A stretch of DNA of 64,000 bases, from NCBI RefSeq assembly GCF_058153355.1, contig NZ_CM177019.1, one strand, 5' to 3'. Below are positions 19,541 through 29,232 of the stretch, piece by piece. Positions within the stretch are counted from its first letter, which is position 1; every line of letters starts with the position of its first letter. A program made the position numbers and the translations under genes. The notes beneath the pieces were generated by a model. That model was not told the origin of the DNA, made no database searches, and was given only the letters and a program-made list of their open reading frames with translations.

Positions 19541-20443
19541 ATGCAAATCACCAACATGCATTGCAGTGGACAAACCGTTTCACTTGCCGCGGGGGATTAT
19601 CACGCGACTATCGTGACGGTTGGTGCTGGTCTGGCTGAATTAACTTTTCAGGGTTGTCATTTAGTCATCCCGCACAAACCCGAAGAGATGCCGCTGGCGC
19701 ATCTGGGTAAAGTGCTTATTCCGTGGCCGAACCGGATCGCCAACGGCTGTTACCGCTATCAGGGACAGGAATATCAGTTACCCATTAATGAACATAGTTC
19801 AAAAGCCGCTATTCACGGGCTGCTTGCCTGGCGAGACTGGCAAATTAGCGAATTAACCGCCACCAGCGTTACCCTGACAGCTTTTCTACCGCCCAGTTAC
19901 GGCTATCCGTTTATGCTGGCTTCGCAGGTTGTTTATTCGCTCAATGCTCGCACGGGCCTTTCCGTTGAGATCGCAAGCCAGAATATTGGTACTGTGACCG
20001 CACCTTATGGTGTGGGTATTCATCCTTATTTAACCTGCAACTTAACATCTGTTGATGACTATCTTTTCCAGCTTCCGGCAGAACAGGTTTATGCCGTCGA
20101 TGAGCACGCAAATCCGACAACGCTTCACCACGTTGATGAGCTGAATTTAAATTTCACGCGGGCGACAAAAATAGCCGCGACAAAAATAGACCATACCTTT
20201 AAAACCGCTAATGATCTGTGGGAAATGACCATTACCCATCCACAGCAGGCGCTGTCGGTGAGTCTTTGTTCCGATCAACCCTGGGTGCAGGTTTATAGCG
20301 GCGAAAAATTACAGCGTCAGGGACTGGCAGTTGAACCTATGAGTTGCCCGCCTAACGCCTTTAATTCAGGTATCGACTTATTATTACTGGAACCAGGAAA
20401 AACGCACCGCCTGTTTTTTAATATTCACGGGCAGCACAATTAA
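19541..20443 (+). CDS. yihR: Aldose 1-epimerase family protein (sulfoquinovose mutarotase YihR-like)
   Basis: ORF track 19406..20443; the Mu end at 19506 lies inside that ORF, so the ATG at 19541 with AAAGG Shine-Dalgarno is used; GIHPYL epimerase-type motif; synteny with yihQPO. Confidence 0.8.
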   Translation: MQITNMHCSGQTVSLAAGDYHATIVTVGAGLAELTFQGCHLVIPHKPEEMPLAHLGKVLIPWPNRIANGCYRYQGQEYQLPINEHSSKAAIHGLLAWRDWQISELTATSVTLTAFLPPSYGYPFMLASQVVYSLNARTGLSVEIASQNIGTVTAPYGVGIHPYLTCNLTSVDDYLFQLPAEQVYAVDEHANPTTLHHVDELNLNFTRATKIAATKIDHTFKTANDLWEMTITHPQQALSVSLCSDQPWVQVYSGEKLQRQGLAVEPMSCPPNAFNSGIDLLLLEPGKTHRLFFNIHGQHN

Positions 20444-20503
20444 TTTTATTAAGAAAAGAACGAGATTATTGTTTAGGGTTGTATTTACACAACAGGAAAT
20501 ATT

Positions 20504-21379
20504 ATGGACTTTTTTACGTTATTTTCGCCAGATGGGGCCATGCTGGAAACAAACGTGGTATGTATCGTTATCGCGTTGATGTTTCTTTATACCTTTGTGG
20601 GGATATGCGCGGGATTTGGTGGCGGTTTAACCACCATGCCACTCGTCACGTTAATGCTCCCCGTAAAAATGGCAACACCACTTTCGGTAATTGTCGGCAC
20701 CGCAACCGCCTTGTACGCCACCTGGCTATCACGCAAAGAAACGGATTGGCGCTCGGCAATGGTGCTGATTATTTTCTCATTTTTGGGAATACCCGTCGGT
20801 TTATATGCGCTGTCATATTTACCCGACCATTTTATGAAAGTGGGCTTAGGTGGATTTCTTATCCTCTACTCCTTTTACAGCATGTTTATTCCTCGCTTGC
20901 CGATTTATGACCGTAACTGGATCGCCGCACCTATCGGCGCAGTAGCTGGCGCATTAGGCGCGGCGTTCTCAACCAACGGGCCGCCGATGGTTATCTACGG
21001 GATGCTGCGTAACTTAGGTCCGGCGGCATTTCGCGGCACTCTGAACGCTTTCTTCACCGCAAACAACATCGCGGTGATCGGCGGGCTGGCGACCAGCGGA
21101 ATTTTGACTGTTTCTATCTTTAAACTGGTGCTGTTTTGTATTCCCACCATGATCCTCGGTTCACTGATTGGACAATATGTGCATAAACGCATTTCGGTCA
21201 AAGTGTTTCGTGTGATGGTCTTTTTATTGTTGATTGCCTCCGGTTCTATGTTGATAAAAGGTGCGTTGGGAATTCCCGCCGCTGCCGCACTTCTGCCTCC
21301 GTTTACCTTGTTAGTTATACTGCAACTGGCATTTGGTAAAAAAGTGGCGGCAATCCGCCGGGCTGAAGAAAGTAAATAA
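20504..21379 (+). CDS. TauE/SafE (DUF81) family anion/sulfite exporter-like membrane protein
   Basis: ORF track 291 aa, multi-TM with duplicated glycine-rich motifs (GICAGFGGGLTTMPL; GAVAGALGAAFSTNGPP). Confidence 0.75.
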   Translation: MDFFTLFSPDGAMLETNVVCIVIALMFLYTFVGICAGFGGGLTTMPLVTLMLPVKMATPLSVIVGTATALYATWLSRKETDWRSAMVLIIFSFLGIPVGLYALSYLPDHFMKVGLGGFLILYSFYSMFIPRLPIYDRNWIAAPIGAVAGALGAAFSTNGPPMVIYGMLRNLGPAAFRGTLNAFFTANNIAVIGGLATSGILTVSIFKLVLFCIPTMILGSLIGQYVHKRISVKVFRVMVFLLLIASGSMLIKGALGIPAAAALLPPFTLLVILQLAFGKKVAAIRRAEESK

Positions 21380-21485
21380 TCATTATGCGGGTTTTAATTT
21401 ATACCTTCACACATTCTTTAATTAATGAAACCTGTAATAACAGGATGGCATGAAATATTAGTTTTATACTCTATGGAGATTATTT

Positions 21486-23522
21486 ATGGATACGCCACGC
21501 CCACAGTTATTAGATTTTCAATTTCATCAGAATAACGACAGTTTTACTCTACGTTTTCAAGACCGTCTTATTTTAATCCATAGCAAAGATAATCCTTGCT
21601 TATCGATTGGCTCAGGTATAGCGGATATCGATATGTTCCGCGGTAATTTCAGCATTAAAGATAAATTGCAGGAGAAGATTGCGCTCACCGACGCCATCGT
21701 CAGCCAGTCACCGGATGGCTGGTTAATCCATTTCAGCCGTGGTTCTGACATTAGCGCCACGCTGCGTATCTCTGCCGACGATCAGGGCCGTTTATTGCTG
21801 GAACTACAAAACGACAACCATCACCACAACCGCATCTGGCTGCGTCTTGCCGCACAACCAGAGGACCATATCTACGGCTGCGGCGAACAATTCTCCTACT
21901 TTGATCTGCGCGGCAAACCGTTCCCGCTATGGACCAGTGAACAAGGCGTTGGTCGCAACAAACAAACCTATGTCACCTGGCAGGCCGACTGCAAAGAGAA
22001 CGCGGGCGGCGACTATTACTGGACTTTCTTCCCGCAGCCTACTTTTGTCAGCACGCAGAAGTATTACTGCCATGTCGATAACAGCTGCTATATGAACTTC
22101 GACTTCAGTGCTCCGGAATACCATGAACTGGCATTGTGGGAAGACAATGCCACCCTGCGTTTTGAATGTGCGGACACATACATCTCCCTGTTGGAAAAAT
22201 TAACCGCCCTGCTGGGACGTCAGCCAGAACTGCCCGACTGGATTTATGACGGGGTAACGCTAGGTATTCAGGGCGGGACAGATGTATGCCAGAAGAAACT
22301 GGATACCATGCGTAACGCGGGTGTGAAGGTCAACGGCATCTGGGCGCAGGACTGGTCCGGGATCCGCATGACCTCGTTTGGCAAACGTGTGATGTGGAAC
22401 TGGAAGTGGAACAGTGAAAACTACCCACAGTTAGATTCCCGCATCAAGCAATGGAAAGAAGAAGGCGTGCAGTTCCTCGCCTACATCAACCCGTATGTTG
22501 CCAGCGATAAGGACCTCTGCGCCGAGGCGGCTTCACATGGCTATCTGGCAAAAGATGCCTCTGGCGGTGACTATCTGGTGGAATTTGGGGAGTTTTACGG
22601 CGGCGTTGTCGATTTGACCAATCCTGAAGCATATTCCTGGTTCAAAGAAGTCATCAAGAAAAACATGATCGAATTGGGCTGCGGCGGCTGGATGGCAGAT
22701 TTTGGCGAATACTTGCCGACCGATACGTATCTGCATAACGGCGTTAGCGCCGAAATTATGCATAACGCCTGGCCCGCACTGTGGGCGAAATGTAACTACG
22801 AAGCCCTTGAAGAAACGGGCAAGCTTGGCGAGATCCTTTTCTTTATGCGCGCCGGTTCTACCGGTAGCCAGAAATACTCCACCATGATGTGGGCGGGCGA
22901 CCAGAACGTCGACTGGAGTCTGGACGATGGCCTGGCGTCGGTTGTTCCGGCGGCGCTCTCGCTGGCGATGACCGGGCATGGCCTGCATCACAGTGACATT
23001 GGCGGTTACACCACCCTGTTTGAGATGAAGCGCAGCAAAGAGCTGCTGCTGCGCTGGTGCGATTTCAGCGCCTTCACGCCGATGATGCGCACCCACGAAG
23101 GTAACCGTCCTGGCGACAACTGGCAGTTTGACGGCGACGCGGAAACCATCGCCCATTTTGCCCGTATGACCACCGTCTTCACCACCCTGAAACCTTACCT
23201 CAAAGACGCCGTCGCGCTGAATGCGAAGTCCGGCCTGCCGGTTATGCGCCCGCTGTTCCTGCATTACGAAGACGACGCGCAGACCTACACCCTGAAATAT
23301 CAGTACCTGTTAGGCCGCGACATTCTGGTCGCTCCGGTGCATGAACAAGGCCGTAGCGACTGGACGCTCTATCTGCCGGAGGATAACTGGGTCCACGCCT
23401 GGACAGGTGAAGCGTTCCGGGGCGGGGAAGTTACCGTTAATGCGCCCATCGGTAAACCGCCGGTCTTTTATCGCGCCGATAGCGAATGGGCGGCACTGTT
23501 CGCGTCGTTAAAAAGCATCTAA
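21486..23522 (+). CDS. yihQ: Sulfoquinovosidase (GH31 alpha-glucosidase family)
   Basis: ORF track 678 aa; GH31-like sequence; synteny. Confidence 0.9.
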   Translation: MDTPRPQLLDFQFHQNNDSFTLRFQDRLILIHSKDNPCLSIGSGIADIDMFRGNFSIKDKLQEKIALTDAIVSQSPDGWLIHFSRGSDISATLRISADDQGRLLLELQNDNHHHNRIWLRLAAQPEDHIYGCGEQFSYFDLRGKPFPLWTSEQGVGRNKQTYVTWQADCKENAGGDYYWTFFPQPTFVSTQKYYCHVDNSCYMNFDFSAPEYHELALWEDNATLRFECADTYISLLEKLTALLGRQPELPDWIYDGVTLGIQGGTDVCQKKLDTMRNAGVKVNGIWAQDWSGIRMTSFGKRVMWNWKWNSENYPQLDSRIKQWKEEGVQFLAYINPYVASDKDLCAEAASHGYLAKDASGGDYLVEFGEFYGGVVDLTNPEAYSWFKEVIKKNMIELGCGGWMADFGEYLPTDTYLHNGVSAEIMHNAWPALWAKCNYEALEETGKLGEILFFMRAGSTGSQKYSTMMWAGDQNVDWSLDDGLASVVPAALSLAMTGHGLHHSDIGGYTTLFEMKRSKELLLRWCDFSAFTPMMRTHEGNRPGDNWQFDGDAETIAHFARMTTVFTTLKPYLKDAVALNAKSGLPVMRPLFLHYEDDAQTYTLKYQYLLGRDILVAPVHEQGRSDWTLYLPEDNWVHAWTGEAFRGGEVTVNAPIGKPPVFYRADSEWAALFASLKSI

Positions 23523-23567
23523 TCACGTCCGCCCGTGGGGAAACTCACGGGCAAAGGGAGAACAACG

Positions 23568-24953
23568 ATGAGTCACATCACAACGGAAGATCCGGCTACT
23601 TTACGTCTGCCCTTTAAAGAGAAACTCTCTTACGGTATCGGCGATCTGGCCTCTAACATCCTGCTGGATATCGGCACGCTTTATCTTTTGAAGTTTTATA
23701 CCGACGTTCTGGGGCTGCCCGGTACCTATGGCGGCATTATCTTTTTGATTTCGAAGTTCTTTACTGCGTTTACCGATATGGGTACCGGCATCATGCTCGA
23801 TTCCCGACGCAAGATCGGTCCAAAAGGTAAGTTCCGTCCTTTTATTCTGTATGCGTCATTCCCGGTCACCTTACTGGCGATCGCCAACTTTGTCGGCACA
23901 CCGTTTGATGTCACCGGTAAAACGGTGATGGCCACTATCCTGTTTATGCTCTACGGGCTGTTTTTCAGCATGATGAACTGCTCTTATGGCGCAATGGTCC
24001 CCGCTATTACCAAAAACCCCAACGAACGCGCATCACTGGCGGCATGGCGTCAGGGTGGCGCTACATTGGGCCTGCTGCTTTGTACGGTGGGATTCGTGCC
24101 GGTTATGAATCTTATCGAGGGTAATCAGCAACTTGGCTATATCTTCGCCGCCACGCTGTTTTCACTGTTCGGCCTGCTGTTTATGTGGATCTGCTATTCG
24201 GGCGTGAAAGAGCGTTATGTCGAAACGCAACCTGCAAATCCGGCGCAAAAGCCTGGCTTGTTGCAGTCTTTCCGCGCAATTGCGGGTAACCGCCCACTGT
24301 TCATTCTGTGTATTGCCAACCTCTGCACCTTAGGGGCGTTTAACGTCAAGCTCGCCATCCAGGTCTATTACACCCAGTACGTACTTAACGATCCCATCCT
24401 GTTGTCGTATATGGGATTTTTCAGCATGGGCTGTATTTTCATCGGCGTGTTCCTGATGCCTGGCGCAGTCAGACGTTTTGGTAAGAAGAAGGTCTATATC
24501 GGCGGTCTGCTGATCTGGGTGCTGGGCGATCTGCTCAACTATTTCTTCGGCGGCGGCTCGGTTAGCTTTGTGGCGTTCTCCTGCCTGGCATTCTTCGGCT
24601 CGGCGTTTGTTAACAGCCTGAACTGGGCACTGGTTTCTGACACCGTCGAGTACGGCGAGTGGCGCACCGGTGTGCGTTCGGAAGGTACGGTCTACACCGG
24701 CTTCACCTTCTTTCGCAAAGTTTCTCAGGCGCTGGCAGGCTTCTTCCCTGGCTGGATGCTGACGCAAATCGGCTATGTACCAAACGTCGCCCAGGCTGAC
24801 CACACCATTGAAGGGTTGCGCCAGCTGATCTTCATCTACCCAAGCGCACTGGCGGTAGTCACCATTGTTGCGATGGGTTGCTTCTACAGCCTGAACGAGA
24901 AGATGTACGTCCGCATTGTAGAAGAAATAGAAGCCCGTAAACGCACGGCATAA
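23568..24953 (+). CDS. yihP: GPH-family sugar/sulfonate transporter YihP
   Basis: Track ORF 23535..24953; ATG at 23568 with AAGGGAG Shine-Dalgarno; paralogous to the downstream yihO. Confidence 0.85.
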   Translation: MSHITTEDPATLRLPFKEKLSYGIGDLASNILLDIGTLYLLKFYTDVLGLPGTYGGIIFLISKFFTAFTDMGTGIMLDSRRKIGPKGKFRPFILYASFPVTLLAIANFVGTPFDVTGKTVMATILFMLYGLFFSMMNCSYGAMVPAITKNPNERASLAAWRQGGATLGLLLCTVGFVPVMNLIEGNQQLGYIFAATLFSLFGLLFMWICYSGVKERYVETQPANPAQKPGLLQSFRAIAGNRPLFILCIANLCTLGAFNVKLAIQVYYTQYVLNDPILLSYMGFFSMGCIFIGVFLMPGAVRRFGKKKVYIGGLLIWVLGDLLNYFFGGGSVSFVAFSCLAFFGSAFVNSLNWALVSDTVEYGEWRTGVRSEGTVYTGFTFFRKVSQALAGFFPGWMLTQIGYVPNVAQADHTIEGLRQLIFIYPSALAVVTIVAMGCFYSLNEKMYVRIVEEIEARKRTA

Positions 24954-24993
24954 ATAATAAACAACGCCCTGCGGGGCGTTATAAGGAGTGATT

Positions 24994-26397
24994 ATGTCTG
25001 ACCATAATCCACTGACATTAAAACTGAATCTGCGGGAAAAAATCGCTTATGGCATGGGCGACGTCGGTTCGAATTTAATGCTTAGCATCGGCACTCTGTA
25101 TCTCCTCAAATTTTATACCGATGAATTAGGGATGCCTGCTTACTATGGCGGGATTATCTTTCTGGTGGCGAAATTCTTTACCGCGTTTACCGATATGCTC
25201 ACCGGATTTTTACTCGACTCGCGGAAAAATATTGGGCCTAAAGGCAAATTTCGTCCCTTTATTTTATATGCAGCGGTTCCGGCGGCGTTAATTGCAACGC
25301 TCCAGTTTATCGCCACCACTTTTAGTTTGCCGATTAAAACGACGATTGCCACCGCGCTGTTTATGATGTTTGGACTTTCATACAGTCTGATGAACTGCTC
25401 GTATGGCGCGATGATCCCAGCAATTACCAAAAACCCCAATGAGCGCGCGCAGCTTGCGGCTTACCGCCAGGGTGGTGCAACCATAGGGCTATTGATTTGT
25501 ACCGTAGCATTTATTCCATTGCAGTCGCTTTTTTCTGACTCCACTGTCGGTTATGCCTGCGCGGCACTGATGTTCTCCATTGGTGGCTTTATTTTTATGA
25601 TGCTGTGCTACAGAGGCGTCAAAGAGCATTATGTGGACACGACGCCAACCGGACATAAAGCCAGTATTCTCAAATCTTTTTGCGCGATATTTCGTAATCC
25701 GCCATTGCTGGTTTTATGCATTGCTAACCTGTGTACCCTGGCGGCATTTAATATCAAACTGGCAATTCAGGTCTATTACACCCAGTATGTGCTGAATGAT
25801 ATTAATTTATTGTCGTGGATGGGATTCTTCAGTATGGGATGCATCCTCATCGGCGTATTGCTGGTGCCATTAACTGTAAAATATTTTGGTAAAAAACAGG
25901 TTTATTTAGCTGGCATGGTGCTGTGGGCGGTGGGGGATATCCTGAATTATTTCTGGGGCAGTAACTCTTTCACTTTCGTCATGTTCTCTTGTGTCGCCTT
26001 TTTTGGTACGGCCTTTGTAAACAGCCTGAACTGGGCGCTGGTACCGGATACCGTAGATTATGGTGAATGGAAAACAGGTATACGTGCCGAAGGTTCTGTT
26101 TATACCGGTTATACCTTCTTTCGTAAAATTTCAGCCGCACTTGCTGGCTTCTTGCCAGGCATTATGCTGACGCAAATCGGTTATGTTCCCAACATCGCGC
26201 AAAGCGATGCAACATTACAGGGTTTGCGTCAGCTCATTTTTATTTGGCCTTGTGCGCTGGCGATAATTGCTGCATTGACGATGGGATTCTTTTACACGCT
26301 CAATGAAAAACGTTTTGCGATGATTATTGAGGAAGTTAACCAACGCAAAAATAAAGAAATTAAGACAGAAGAAAAAACGGCTTCCGTAACGTTATAA
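24994..26397 (+). CDS. yihO: GPH-family sulfoquinovose transporter YihO
   Basis: Track ORF 24988..26397; ATG at 24994 after AAGGAG. Confidence 0.85.
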   Translation: MSDHNPLTLKLNLREKIAYGMGDVGSNLMLSIGTLYLLKFYTDELGMPAYYGGIIFLVAKFFTAFTDMLTGFLLDSRKNIGPKGKFRPFILYAAVPAALIATLQFIATTFSLPIKTTIATALFMMFGLSYSLMNCSYGAMIPAITKNPNERAQLAAYRQGGATIGLLICTVAFIPLQSLFSDSTVGYACAALMFSIGGFIFMMLCYRGVKEHYVDTTPTGHKASILKSFCAIFRNPPLLVLCIANLCTLAAFNIKLAIQVYYTQYVLNDINLLSWMGFFSMGCILIGVLLVPLTVKYFGKKQVYLAGMVLWAVGDILNYFWGSNSFTFVMFSCVAFFGTAFVNSLNWALVPDTVDYGEWKTGIRAEGSVYTGYTFFRKISAALAGFLPGIMLTQIGYVPNIAQSDATLQGLRQLIFIWPCALAIIAALTMGFFYTLNEKRFAMIIEEVNQRKNKEIKTEEKTASVTL

Positions 26398-26463
26398 AAA
26401 CAATAGCCGCTATGACCATCTACAGGGATGGCGGCCTTCCTACATATAAAAAATGGATTTAAT

Positions 26464-27156
26464 ATGAAAAAGTTAAATGCAATAATTTTATTATCCTCTC
26501 TGACTTCCGCATCGGTATTCGCAGGCGCATACGTCGAAAACAGGGAGGCATATAATCTCGCCTCCGATCAGGGCGAGGTTATGCTACGTGTGGGTTATAA
26601 CTTCGATATGGGCGCGGGTATCATGTTAACCAATACCTACAACTTTCAGCGAGAAGATGAACTAAAACATGGATATAACGAAATCGAAGGTTGGTATCCT
26701 TTATTTAAACCAACCGATAAATTAACCATCCAGCCCGGTGGCTTAATTAATGATAAGAGCGCCGGTTCCGGTGGTGCTGTTTATCTGGATGTTAACTACA
26801 AATTTGCCCCGTGGTTTAACCTGACGGTACGCAACCGTTTTAACCATAATAACTACAGCACAACCGATTTAAACGGTGATCTGGATAATAATGACAGCTA
26901 CGAGATTGGTAACTACTGGAACTTTATTATTACCGATAAGTTCTCATATACCTTTGAACCGCATTATTTTTATAATATTAATGATTTCAACAGCAGCAAT
27001 GGCACCAAGCATCACTGGGAAATCACTAACACCTTCCGTTACCGAATTAATGAGCACTGGCTGCCCTATATTGAATTGCGCTGGTTAGACCGCAACGTCG
27101 AGCCGTACCACCGCGAGCAAAACCAGATCCGTATCGGGACGAAGTATTTCTTCTGA
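26464..27156 (+). CDS. ompL: Outer membrane porin OmpL
   Basis: Track ORF 26428..27156; signal peptide MKKLNAIILLSSLTSASVFA; C-terminal YFF beta-barrel signature. Confidence 0.85.
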   Translation: MKKLNAIILLSSLTSASVFAGAYVENREAYNLASDQGEVMLRVGYNFDMGAGIMLTNTYNFQREDELKHGYNEIEGWYPLFKPTDKLTIQPGGLINDKSAGSGGAVYLDVNYKFAPWFNLTVRNRFNHNNYSTTDLNGDLDNNDSYEIGNYWNFIITDKFSYTFEPHYFYNINDFNSSNGTKHHWEITNTFRYRINEHWLPYIELRWLDRNVEPYHREQNQIRIGTKYFF

Positions 27157-27168
27157 TGTAAAAATGTA

Positions 27169-27198
27169 AAAAGCCGCTGATATTTAAGCGGCTTTTTA
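27169..27198 (+). terminator. Rho-independent terminator after ompL
   Basis: Hairpin aagccgct-gatattt-aagcggctt followed by a T-run. Confidence 0.7.
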
Positions 27199-27336
27199 CA
27201 CAGATATTCACAATATAAATAACTCCCCATAATTATATAACCGCGTTGATTATAAAATATTCCTCGTCCTCTCTATCAAAGTCATTGACTACCAGGTAAG
27301 ATCTTTTCCACTGCAACACTCACAAGGAATGAGAAA

Positions 27337-28185
27337 ATGGAAAAGAAATTTTTTATGGATTGGGATAATGAAATCCCGCAAGAAGAGTTTATTAACAATA
27401 TTTTAGCCGATGAAGACCTGCCTAAAATCCGCTCTCTGATTATTGGTCGTTGGGGGGAGTGCTGGGATGAGGAAAGTTGCCAACCAATAATCGACATGTT
27501 TGTTGAACATGCCGAACGCTTTGCTCATCTCGAATCCCTATTTATCGGCGATATGGAAAGCGAAGAGTGTGAAATTTCGTGGATAAAACAAGGGGATTAT
27601 TCTCGTCTGTATGCTGCGCTGCCGAACCTGAAAAAGCTGACAATTAAAGGTACTCAGGGCCTGGAACTGGGAGAAATCGCCCATGACAAACTGGAGCATC
27701 TGGAAATTATCTCTGGCGGTACGCCGTGTGACGTGTTCGCCTCATTGCAAAATGCCCAACTGCCTGCGTTAAAAACACTTATCGTTTATATTGGCGTTGA
27801 GAATTATGGTTTTGATGCATCGCTGGATATCGTAATGAAGCTGGCGTCGAAATCCCTCTTCCCGAGCCTGACGCATCTTGGCCTGGTGAACAGCGAAGAG
27901 CAAAACGAAATCGTCCGCCGCGTGCTGGAAAGCGACATTCTGCCGCAACTGGAAGTGCTGGCACTCTCCTGCGGTACGCTTACCGACGAAGGTGCAGAGC
28001 ATCTTCTCAAACATGCCGATCGCCTTAGCCATCTGAAACTGCTGGATTTGTACCATCATTACCTGACAGAAGAGATGCAGAAAAAACTGCAAAAAACACT
28101 GACATGTACTCTCGAATTATCAGAAGCGCTAACGCCTGAAGTCTATGATGACGAAATTTATATGCATGCGATGTATACCGAATAA
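27337..28185 (+). CDS. Leucine-rich-repeat (ribonuclease-inhibitor-like) cytoplasmic protein; first gene of non-K-12 operon
   Basis: ORF track 282 aa; repeated LxxLxxLxL units (LPNLKKLTIKG, LEHLEIISG, LPALKTLIVY, FPSLTHLGLVN, LPQLEVLALSCGTLTDEGAEHLL, LSHLKLLDL); AAGGA Shine-Dalgarno. Confidence 0.7.
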   Translation: MEKKFFMDWDNEIPQEEFINNILADEDLPKIRSLIIGRWGECWDEESCQPIIDMFVEHAERFAHLESLFIGDMESEECEISWIKQGDYSRLYAALPNLKKLTIKGTQGLELGEIAHDKLEHLEIISGGTPCDVFASLQNAQLPALKTLIVYIGVENYGFDASLDIVMKLASKSLFPSLTHLGLVNSEEQNEIVRRVLESDILPQLEVLALSCGTLTDEGAEHLLKHADRLSHLKLLDLYHHYLTEEMQKKLQKTLTCTLELSEALTPEVYDDEIYMHAMYTE

Positions 28186-29232
28186 ATGACATTTATTGGG
28201 AGAGAGTCATCTCTCCCATTATTTATCACAGAAAAGGAATTCTTCGTGATTACGCTAATTGGTCATCCTGAAAGCAAACGCACATTTTATTTTTGCCAGG
28301 CAGCGTCACGCTTACAGGAACATATCAACGTAGTGAGCTATGATCAAGCACTTACCCTGCTCTTAAATAAAGGCATGGTAAAAATCGATCCCCCCTTACA
28401 TCAGGAAACAGATATTCGCTTAATTAATACGGTTAGCCAAAACTATATTACTTTTTTACAAAAAATGGCTACCAGAAGGGAGATCCGTTTTATTAACTCA
28501 CCAGAAGGTATTATTCATCTTCTGGATAAACGCCACTGTAAGCAACGATTAGTCGAACACGCGATCCCGACACCGCCAATATTAGCGGATGATATCCGTA
28601 GCTACGATCAACTGATCGCCTGTATGCGCAGCGAAAAGGTTTATCGCGTGTTTATTAAGCCGAATTTCGGATCAGGGGCCGCCGGGGTGCTGGCTTTGAG
28701 TCTACATCCCGGCGATAACCGTCAGGCGCTTTATTGCGCCATCCAGGTTGCAGGTGACAGGCTGGTGAACAGTAAACATATTATCCGCTATGAAAACAGC
28801 GGTGATATTACGTTGATTGTGAATGCTATTTTACAACAAGACAATATTATCGAACGCTGGCTGGCAAAAGCCAGAGTGGGCAATAAAAGCTACGATTTAC
28901 GCATAGTGTACGTTAATGGTGAAATCGTCTGGCGGGTTGTCAGAACATCATCACAGCCGATCACCAATTTGCATCTGCAAAATGAAGCCATTCGTTTTGC
29001 CGATCTTAATTTACCCGCAGAAAAAGTGGCTGACATTGACACGCTTTGTCTCAACGCCATGAAACTCTACCCGGACGTACACATTGCCGGGCTTGATGTA
29101 TTACTCACGCAAAACTTAACCCCCTATATTATCGAAATTAACGGCCAGGGCGATCTTATTTATCAGGACACCTGCGAACAAAATATGATTTATCAACGCC
29201 AGATTCAGGTAATGAGAGAACACCATGTATAA
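28186..29232 (+). CDS. ATP-grasp ligase, RimK-like
   Basis: ORF track 348 aa; KPNFGSGAAGV and EINGQGD ATP-grasp motifs; alternative GTG start at 28246 with AAAGGAA Shine-Dalgarno. Confidence 0.75.
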   Translation: MTFIGRESSLPLFITEKEFFVITLIGHPESKRTFYFCQAASRLQEHINVVSYDQALTLLLNKGMVKIDPPLHQETDIRLINTVSQNYITFLQKMATRREIRFINSPEGIIHLLDKRHCKQRLVEHAIPTPPILADDIRSYDQLIACMRSEKVYRVFIKPNFGSGAAGVLALSLHPGDNRQALYCAIQVAGDRLVNSKHIIRYENSGDITLIVNAILQQDNIIERWLAKARVGNKSYDLRIVYVNGEIVWRVVRTSSQPITNLHLQNEAIRFADLNLPAEKVADIDTLCLNAMKLYPDVHIAGLDVLLTQNLTPYIIEINGQGDLIYQDTCEQNMIYQRQIQVMREHHV

